Of a DNA stretch of 36,810 nucleotides, positions 20,599 to 30,153 are shown in pieces (positions within the stretch are counted from its first letter, which is position 1; every line of letters begins with the position of its first letter). Under the pieces are notes generated by a model, which worked only from the letters and a program-made list of their open reading frames with translations, did not search any database and had not been told where the DNA came from. The stretch comes from Paraphysomonas bandaiensis. Taxonomy: Eukaryota; Protista; Chrysophyceae. The position numbers and the translations under genes were made by a program. The stretch covers positions 1 to 36,810 of the forward strand of contig CBFFRP010000542.1 of the NCBI GenBank assembly GCA_965644295.1, written 5' to 3'.

Positions 20599-22632
20599 AA
20601 ACTTGCTCATTAAGTATTGCTGAATGGACTTGTCGATCAACTCAGCCCCCCCATCCGAATGGTACTGTATCAACCGGTGTGAACCGGGATATGTAGGGAG
20701 TTTACGCTCAACCCAGTCCTTCACGCAACTCAACACCTCATTCGCAGACCGTGTCTCCAACGGATATTCCCAAAACTCCTTGGTGGCTATATCTGATAAT
20801 GTCAGAACATATTTGTATCCTTGTCTGGATGGGCAATTGAAATATACAGCAATGTCCACAGAAACCTTCTCAAGGAACTCTGTAGCTTGCAGTTCGTCAT
20901 CTCTCTTTGCGGTGAATGATTTCCTTGTCATCTTTGATTTTGCGCAAGCTTTACAAATACCTTTCATTTTTCGTAAACTCTTCTTGCTGAGATGTCGTCG
21001 GGTTAATCCGCTCCCGGTAAAAAGTCTGTGTTTAAACGCTTCAATCAGCTTATGTTTGCTGACGTGTCCACAGCGCTTGTGTAACATCTCTAACGGATCT
21101 TCATGCACCTTGTCGGACAAATATACTTCCTCCAGCATTGTCAAATTTGGAAGATCAAGTATTTCCTGTAAATTTACATAAGGCATTCCGTTGCTTGAGT
21201 AGGTTGCCTCCAATACAGTCTCCCCAGTATCAAGTCGCACAACAGTGGGCTTGTTCAACAACTGCAATCCATACCCGTGAGAACGGAGTATTCCTCCAGA
21301 GCAGATATTCTTGACTGATCCAGGGCAGATCTTGATGTCAGTCCAATCGCCAAAGCCTCCAGTTTCCTCATAGTGTAAACTGGATCCAGCTCTGGTTGTC
21401 TGTATATTTCCATCCTCCTTCTTGACCGTATGAAGGAAATTTCTGTCCTTAACAATGAACAGTTTATTAGAGGCACAGCTGTCTAAATACACGGGTTCAT
21501 CGGAAGTGTGTAGCACCTCTTCAGAGACACATGAATCATCATGCGGTTCCTCATACATAATCATGTTCACAGAGTCCGAATCTTCCTCTTGCTCCTCTCT
21601 CCGCAAAAAACGATTCCAATCTGTGCGTTTTGCAGGCTTTTCGTCCAAAAATGGCCGGTTTTTGTCTCCTTGGGCAGAGTCACTACGTACTTGAGCACGA
21701 AATTTGCACTTATACGCACGATGTCTGGTGTCTCCACATACATAGCAGCCATCTGATTTTTTCTTCTCGTTGTTGTCTCTGCGACTCTCAGATCGATTCC
21801 TAGCGCCACGACTCTTTCCCTGCCTTCTTAATTTCGCGATCTTAAGGTCTCTCTTCTTCTTCCAGCACGATTTCTGTGAGTGACCCCGTTTGCCACATTT
21901 GGGATAGCTGCACACCTCATTTTCATCAGCAGTGGAATTCATGTTTACTTCGTCGGTGCCTTCTTTCGGGACACCTTTTGCCTGATCGTATCTCCTGCAT
22001 ATGGTGATCATATCAATAAAGGTTATGTCACCTTGTAGGTAGAGATTGGTGTACAATTGCTCCAAATCGCTTCGTGTTTCGAGGGCAGTCTGTAACTTCG
22101 TTTTTTTAGCGATGTCAGTGGGTGGTTCCCCCAACTCGGACATTTTTTGACAGATGCCGTTTAGTCGATCGATTGCTGCGCACACGAGTTCCCCCGGTAG
22201 AATTTTGAATCCTGCAAACTTCTTATTCAATTCAACTAATTCATATTGGATTTCCCCTCGAAACCGAACAATTAACCTAGAGATGAGTTCACTCGCTAAC
22301 TGCTCTTTATCAGGATGGTCCTGCGGGAGCATATCCTTTTCCCGGAAGTACTGATCCACGATCTCAAGGGCTTCAGCGACTGGTTGAACAGCTTCAAATA
22401 TCGAACTGATGCACGTGTCTTTCCTCTCCAGCCACTTGTCCAGATCCTCCTTGTACTTATTTCGGACTGTCACTGGCGCATTATTTGCTGGTCTTACTGG
22501 ACGGTCCTCTAGACCCAGATGGTTCCTGTTCTTCCTCATCAACCACACTTTCAGATTCTTTGACCAATTCACTACACCGAACTGATCAAATTTAGGAAGA
22601 AGTTTCCACTCCGAACTACTGTCTGCTACCAT
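20599..22632 (-). CDS. gag-pol: Copia polyprotein 5' part: Gag (two CCHC knuckles), protease, integrase N-terminus and core
   Basis: CSYPKCGKRGHSQKSC, CYVCGDTRHRAYKC, VYLDSCAS, LHKRCGH...CKAC, VSVDI, YHSDGG. The rejoined ORF is 1582 aa from the ATG at 22632; an upstream ATG at 22647 is possible. Confidence 0.93.
22622..22631 (-). other. Copia primer-binding site (initiator tRNA-Met type)
   Basis: TGGTAGCAGA abuts the 5' LTR and is complementary to the ...UCUGCUACCA end of many eukaryotic initiator tRNAs. Confidence 0.8.
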
Positions 22633-22951
22633 GTTAGAAATAGACATTTTTAGTAATAAGACCTTTGTTAACACTTATATGGAATATTATATAATTATAA
22701 GAGATACCATACTTCATTCATTGACGTTCACCAACTCTTTCTATCTCTACTACACCAACCATTTCTAGTACGATCTTACATCGTCACTATCTTGTACAGT
22801 CAGTATATTTCAGTTTTATCACTACAATGGCTATCATATTATTGGTTCTCATACTACAGCTAGCTACTACTGTATTCTTTGAGTAACGGATATAATTCTA
22901 ATATCTTGGAAACTACAGCTTTTAATTGCTCACAAACAGCAAAACTCAACA
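22632..22951 (-). repeat. Copia 5' LTR
   Basis: Direct repeat of 9945-10264. Confidence 0.97.
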
Positions 22952-24554
22952 AACAGATATCCATAGTCCCAGCACACACCAGCTTGTACTGATATGATAA
23001 TGTGTATATCAATATTCAAAATTTGTAAATGATAAAAACTGAAAAGAAAATTCAAAAAAGTGAACGACATGGTTTTGACCGACAGTGAATATCAGTATCT
23101 CACAATTTAGCAGAAGATAGCTCCATAACGTATTCTACAAATAGTAGTTCTCATTAAAAACACAATACCTCTCCGTATTTCATGACCATCTACTAACCAG
23201 ATGAGCAGTACCGATTGCTCACGTGATCCTCATGGCTTTAGAATCCTACAATTTTAAACAACACAAATGCCTTCGATTTCCATCACAATGCCGTATATAC
23301 TTCGGTTTACGGTGGCCAATACATGCGTGCCAGGATATACACGCCAGTATCAATCTGTGTGGTATTGGTAGCACTGCGCTTCCTTGTGAAATGCAGTTTC
23401 ACTTTTACTGTAGTGGTGGCAAACCACGACCCGAATCTGACATCACGGCAACAGTACGAAAACTTTGAAATGCATCAGAGAAAATATATAACTGAATGTC
23501 ATACACATGAGACCTACAGTAGCATACAGAAAATATTAACGGGATACTACATATAGAGTTGAGTGTAGAAAAATTGTTCCACGACGGCCTAGACATCAGC
23601 CAGACACAAAACTACGCATACAAGCAATGACTAGGACGTGATATATTGTAGGATCCGCATCTGTCATCAGTTCTAACAGTAAGTAAAAATGTCACCAGAG
23701 ATCCACACATCATTGAAGCATATCGACAAAAAATACAGTTGGTGTTTTACCAGGTGGAAAGTTACTCTGTGACAGCATCAAGGATGTTGTCTCAAGTCAA
23801 ATTCTCCAGAAAACTTCCAGAAGACGTCACAATCCTGCATCAAGACGGCCGATAAGCTGCGAAAATAGGGAACCAAAAATAGCTTGAGTACTACCTTTAT
23901 AAGAGTAACAGGTTAACTCGGTACTAAAGCCCACCCTCCTGGAAATTGCTCAACAATATATAACATATCACGTGAGGGCGATGATGAAACATTGTAGTGT
24001 ATTATCAATCGCATTCAGGATATATACAGTTATATATGTAGATATGGCGAGATAAGGTAGGTCAAAAAATTATCATTTAACACATGCTGGAAGATTTTTT
24101 TTGATGCGTAGTGTTCCAAGGTATTCGAAATCTGGCTCTGAATTTCTTTGTTTCGAAACTTTGCGGGCTTCAAAAGGCATAGCTACAGATAGGTCGACCC
24201 CATTCACTATTTTCCAATCCATCTTTGTCCCTCCTCTTACGTATCTGCCGAATAAGCGTTTCTTTATGTTATTAAATTATCTGGTCTGACATTGACGAGT
24301 ATCCACTAAATCACTGCTATCGACTTGCCCTTACAGGTATGCCATATGTGACGACCATCATATATATGCTACTGTGTATATACAAAACCGTAGTTTTGTG
24401 TATACGGGATATAGAAGTGGTTTTGCACAGAGAGCCCTAACATGAACGTGGAAATTAATTGCATTGTGTCAAGCAGATCCAGTATTGGGTACACGAACTC
24501 AGAGTTAACAGATTGCTGAACTAGTTTTAAATAGCAATCGTAATATTTTAAACA

Positions 24555-26058
24555 ATGAATAAGACAGAAATGAGAGCGGCAATGGAGGAGAAGCGTAGGC
24601 GGTGGATGCAGGACAGAGAGGTTACTTTAGCTAGGGAGGAGGTGTACAGTCAAACTAGAAAGGAAATGTCTCAGTCCTCTCAGCACATAGCTACTAAGGT
24701 TGGGTCAACATCTGACCACTCTCACGGCGCTGGCATGCTGACACACGATGAAATGCTTTTGAATAAACTGACTGAGCGCATAGCTGTATCTATCAGAGAT
24801 GAGGTGAGGAAGGAAATCAGCTGCGGGGCGGGTTCATCTGAGCTTCGAGAGGCAATGACCAGCAAACTAGATCAATATCTTGAATCTGAGCTGCACACTC
24901 ACACATGTAAGATCTGCTTTGAGCTTATGACAAGCCCAGATCACACGCCTATGCTTCTCTTCCCTTGTGGGCATACATTTTGCAAGGCCTGTATGGAAAA
25001 GCAGAGCAACAAATCGAAGACATGTCCCTATTGCAGGTAACCAAGTTCATATATATTAATAATATAACTGTATATACATAGGCAATGCATTACTAGTATG
25101 GCTGTAAACCAATCGTTGAAGGATTTGATAGATCAATTCGCCTTGCAACGACGTAAGGTAAGTTGGTTGCAGTGTATGACATGTCCGCTGTTGAGATGCC
25201 CTTATTTATACTAACTGATGTGTACATTAGCTGAATGACACATCGGTTCGAGTAGACGACGTATTCCCCAATCGAAAAGAGGCTGGAGTTAACTCTCGTA
25301 ATTCCTCGAGATATGAGGCTCGGTATAGGTCCTGCGAGATGCGACACGGCATCTTGGTGAACGAACTAGAACACGAAAAAACGGTAGCTCTTGAGAAAAT
25401 AGTCAAAAGAAAGAGGACCATAAAGAATGGTGTGTGTGTTTATATATGTAATTTATGTTTACTGCCTTTAACATCTAATGTGCAGCTGAGGAGCACTTGC
25501 GGGCTGAGCGCAAGGTCGTCACAGACAAGATGGCATTACTTCAGGAAGAATTGGAGCTTATAGACAAGTATCTTATGGAACAAGAAACGAAAATGAAAGA
25601 CGTAAGTGAGGTTCTCCTTAACATAGCTGTGTGAGCGCTTTTATATCACTAGGTTGAGGAATTGGAAGTTGAGACGCGACAGGGTATACGGCTTCTAGAG
25701 ACTTCGATTGCCAGTATACAGGTTCATAAACCACACTTGACACACTACTATGCAGAATATGTATTACTATGCAATGCCACCCGTTTCTATTTCCACGTTT
25801 TTGAGTAGCTTATCCAAAGTACCTGATAATGACATGTTACTTGTCTATTTCTTGCATATTGCAAAATATCAGTGCTCCAATATGTGCATGTGGTATAGAG
25901 TTCGCAGGGTAGTTATATCTACTACTGCCGTTCTATTAGTGAGCGCTGAATGCACTGGATTGTAGTGAAGATAATTGTATGTTGCCGGTTTCTATCTCAT
26001 GTCTATTTGTATGCAGGGTGAAATGGAAAAACTCAGAATACTTGCTGATGGAAATTGA
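24555..26058 (+). CDS. RING-finger (C3HC4) coiled-coil protein, putative E3 ligase; 6 exons: 24555-25036, 25082-25157, 25231-25429, 25486-25601, 25653-25721, 26017-26058
   Basis: CKICFELM...PCGHTFCKAC...CPYCR, then AVNQSLKDLID and an E/K/L-rich helix. GT-AG splicing keeps the frame. The last exon is less certain. Confidence 0.85.
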
Positions 26059-26295
26059 AGACATAATTTGTGGAGTATGTGTATAGTTTGGTGTGCAGTA
26101 TCTTTATTGGGTTTGTATAATATATTATTCATATATTATCTGTGGGTCTCATCGATGTCTTTTTAATGGGCCAACCAAAACTACAATGCCTTTAATTGTA
26201 CACATTGGCAGGTACCCAATTGCTTAATTTGCAATTCAACACTGTAGTTTATGGTTTTAGTGTTGCCGTTTACTTTTAAATGAGTTATTAAAACC

Positions 26296-29055
26296 TATAT
26301 TGAAAGTCTTATTATTAGCAATAGGCGTTAAAAACCTGCACCAACTTAGTAGCTAGATGAATGCTAGACAAACGTTATTTGTATGATGTATATTGAAAGT
26401 CTTTTTATTTAGCAATAGGCGTTAAAAACTCGTTTCGATATAGTGGCTAGTTGAATGCTAGATCTACTAGTTAGACCTCTACCCATAACTAATCAGCACA
26501 AATTCTATTACCCTACTATTTAGCGCTACAGAAGCTGCTTGTACGTCGCCGCAAGCACCAAGGTGCAACCACTTCCGTTCTTATGTTGTTTGTGTGTTTC
26601 GCCCTGCTCGTGTGCCTTAGGACTCACTGGCGCGTGTTGTCCGGGGGTCTCCCCTTGCGATAAGGTTCCGCCAGGCTCTGAGGTACAGGGTTCTGTATTA
26701 AGGTCCTGAGTGTACCAAGCACTGATGTGTGTGCTGAGAGGTTGATGGTGTGGTGGAACGTGGCGGTGTCGCCGTGCACCGTCTGGGCGTCAGGCATAGG
26801 TGGAGTTGCCGGAGACGGCGTCTCCGCTGTCTAGGGCCTGGTGGCTTTATACGGTCCGGTGCTATGGTCCTATGCGTATGATTGGTGGGATTCATATGTG
26901 CGGTGGGCGGTGTTCCAGTCTCGGTTCGTCTGTGGATTCCTAGTAATCTGAGCACCCTTGGGCGTTTCCATTTCTGTCTATGTTTTGGACGCGTTCGCGG
27001 TAGTAGCCTTGGGGAACCTTTCTGTAGGGTAACGTATCGTCTACTTCGATCTTGGATCATTAGCTTTGCTGCAGCGCAAAGCGGTAGAAGTAATCGGATG
27101 ACCGCTGATCGATGCTGCGCAGTCCTTGGGATGTCAGTGACTCATGGATGTGATCTCCAAAAACCGTCTCAAGTTGTGTAGTTGTGATGGTACCCGTCCA
27201 GAATCTCTCCACTTGTGGTACGGAAGGATTCCAGGCCCTGCTGGAGAGTCGCTGGAGTACAGTGGTGGTCCATTGGGGTAGTTCAGGATTTCTCAGTTCA
27301 TCTTGAAGCACGTTTTGTGGCTGTGAAATGCAGACTCCCTTATCTGCGTTATGGCGTCATTTGTACAGTCTAGACACATGTGCTTGAGTGAGTCTATTCT
27401 AAATCCGCAGTCAGAACATGCGGCTTTAGCCAGGTCGAGTCCGTGTTTGGTTTTCGCCCGGTTTCGTCCTATGCTGAAGGATTTGTCCCATGTCAGTGCT
27501 GCATTGAGTACTCGCTGGCGCAGGTGGGAACTCACTTTGACCTTTGATGGTCCACCATCTGCTTGCGCCAGTTTGCGCGGAAGTAGTGCTCCACTGTCTT
27601 TCCAATATCCAGGAGCCCGGTCGGGATTGTGACCGTATCGTTGGTCTCTGAGGGTTGTGTAGGCCTCCAGCGTCCGTTGATTGCGGAGGGATTGGAAATC
27701 CGTGAGCAGGGGACTAGTGCGATACGGCCGTCGTTCCCCAGTTAGGCGCCAGTGCCATAAACACTCGGTGAGTATTCGCTCAATGGCTTGGTCCACTTCT
27801 ATGTTACAGACAGTGTAATTTTGTCGTCCGAGTAGTCTATCTACCTCAAGCCAGTCCTCTCCTCCTGCTACTGCGTCGGCAATGTAAATTTCTTTGTCTT
27901 CATATGTCCATTCAGACTCATCAGAGGTACGTCGTTCGGGGTGTGATCGTATCCATGCTACTGTCCTTTTGTACAATCGTTATTTGCTGCAATGCTTTCG
28001 AGCAGTACACCTTTGGCACGATGCCCCAGTGCCCGACGTCTGATGGAAAGTGCTTCGTGTGTGCGTATGCAGACGGCCTTGCAGTCCGTGTTTATCGGTA
28101 TGTGTGAAGGGAGCCGCGCGGACAGTATATAAGCGCCATTGCTGCTCCCATGAGTTCGTATGCATACGGGCCAAGTCCAGGAACGTCGCTGAAGGGTGTC
28201 TCTAATATCGCAGTATTTTTGTTGTACCGGTCTTCCATTCATCCTCCGGGGGGATCCAGACGGCCGCCGCTCCTCCATAATGTGTCCATCTTGTGCGTGG
28301 GTGTACATGCGTAATGCGGCGCGGGGATAGGGCTGTAGGCGTGTATGAGCCGTCCGTGAAGATTGCCTGATAGGTATCCGCGTTTACATCATCCAGTCCT
28401 AATGTGCGGATAATGTTGGTCAGGGTGTGGGTATCTTGAGGTTCCGGAATGTCGGGTTGTTGGAGTGTGAGGCCGACCTCAGTACCCCATTCCCGCAGGC
28501 TTAAGGCAAAGTGGTGGTAGTTTGGGTACGGAGCGATTGTCTGTATTAGGAGAAAGTGCGCTGCGTCACCTGCATCCCCACCTAATAAAGCCTGTACAAG
28601 GAACGTCGAATGGATCCGATCACACCCTGAACGACGTACCACTGATGAATCTTAATGGACATATGAAGACAAAGGCATTTACATTGCAGACGCAATGGCC
28701 GGAGAGGACTGGCTTGAGGTTGATAGACTACTGGGTTAGAAGAAAGTGCGCTGCGTCACCGGCATCCCCGCCTAGGATTATGGCGCGCTGTAGGGAGCCC
28801 CATTTTTGTTCTTGAGCGTAATCTGAGAAGCGTTTCATTCCAAGTCCATTATGCCTGAGTGAGAGGTAGATCAATTCCGTGGGGTATCCAGGACTCAAGC
28901 TTAGTGCTTTCCTGTAGAGGGTTGCACAGGTGGAATAGATGTCCTTGTAATATTGTAGGGGCCAAGAAGCCATGGTGGCCTCTTGTAAAAAGTAGAGTGG
29001 GGATGATTTGGGTCTCAATAACCATGACTTTGCTAACAGAAGTTGACATTATTTG
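26296..29055 (-). mobile_element. 5'-truncated, frameshifted non-LTR retrotransposon: RT C-terminal region, RNase H, CCHC finger, 3' UTR
   Basis: PTELIYLSLRHNGLG (post-RT motif). RNase H fragments AIFTDGS, GAAAV, AYELMG, TDCKA, WIRSHPE, IADAVA across frames. Finger CSDCGFRIDSLKHMCLDC. 3' end shared with 3771-4039. Confidence 0.82.
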
Positions 29056-29160
29056 CTAAGGTTTACTATTCTCAATGATAAGATGAAAATTATAAACATT
29101 ACATGATAAAGAACCTAAGTTGTGTTCGATGTGTTCAACACCATTCATTTACTACTGTTG

Positions 29161-30123
29161 AAAGACAGACCCCCAGTCTAAAGACTCCTCCTCATACACA
29201 GGACATTGAATGCATCCACAACCGTACAATATGCTCATACATGTACTACACTACATACGATTCATATCCTACATCGTTTATAGTCAAAAACGCCCTGAAA
29301 TACGCCTAAATAGGTCCTTTCCAAAAACCTCCGATTTTTGAGTCCCAAAACCCCAAAAATCCCCAATTTTTTGAGAATTGCAGAAAATCGCCGATTTTCG
29401 AGCCACAAACACCCAAAATGACAATATTCGAATCCACAAAAATTGCAAGCACATTTCATGACAACGTGAAATACACAATCGCCAACTCATGCATAATACC
29501 GACAAAATGCAATCGGGTTCAAAAGCTTACAACCGAACGGTTAAATATCATTTCCTTGCAAGAGTGTGTACTTTAGACTGGACCATACAAATACACTCAT
29601 ATTCAGATCACTAACATGCCCATGACACCTCTGCATCTGCGTCCAATGGCACCTTACGAATTCCTCCCCATTCCGGAGAAAATCAACGGTGTATGGCAAT
29701 GGAGGAATATTCGTATATCAGAATCCAGAACAATGATCAAGCACATAGAGCTGTTCAAAACCATCAGAAAGCTTCTCATAATGATGGGTGGACTACGAAT
29801 ATCGCACATGCGGTACCAATCAATGCTTCCTGACCCAAAACGCTATGACACCGACTACCGTATGGATATAGGCGTAAACCGACGGGTAGCAATCGCGTAG
29901 ATCAAAGAAAACGTGTGTTCGAGGGTAAATCCTAGTTGTCTGTCGTCTTGCCCTCGTAATAATAATCTGTATCTCTTGTTGTCACCAATCTTATACAAAA
30001 CAAGCTACATATACCCTACATATTATGTTATCATATCGTTATTGCATTAATATAGTTATCAATATTATTATGATGATGTCATTAAACGTGTTAAAGGGTG
30101 TTATAAAAGCCCACGGCTTTACA
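29161..30123 (-). repeat. Element C 3' LTR (appears to lack its last ~52 nt)
   Basis: Starts TGTAAAGCC after the polypurine tract. Identity with the 5' LTR stops at 29161/35863. Confidence 0.92.
29616..29900 (+). CDS. 94-aa antisense ORF within element C 3' LTR, unknown function
   Basis: Intact ATG-initiated ORF in both LTRs. A possible decayed counterpart lies at a similar position in the element B LTR. Confidence 0.4.
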   Translation: MPMTPLHLRPMAPYEFLPIPEKINGVWQWRNIRISESRTMIKHIELFKTIRKLLIMMGGLRISHMRYQSMLPDPKRYDTDYRMDIGVNRRVAIA

Positions 30124-30142
30124 TTACCCTTTCTCCCCCCCC
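30124..30142 (-). other. Polypurine tract of element C
   Basis: GGGGGGGGAGAAAGGGTAA directly before the 3' LTR. Confidence 0.9.
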
Positions 30143-30153
30143 GGATGCCGTAG

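Larger units (their letters stand above)
9945..22951 (-). mobile_element. Full-length Ty1/copia LTR retrotransposon interrupted by nested element B
   Basis: Two 320-bp TG...CA LTRs, 5-bp TSD AACAG (9940-9944, 22952-22956), PBS, polypurine tract, and domain order Gag-PR-IN-RT-RH. Confidence 0.97.

Noticed and set aside
27060-27420. Restriction-like endonuclease after the CCHC finger (R2/NeSL-type element)
   Set aside because: No RH or PD-(D/E)xK motif is visible, so the clade is left unassigned.
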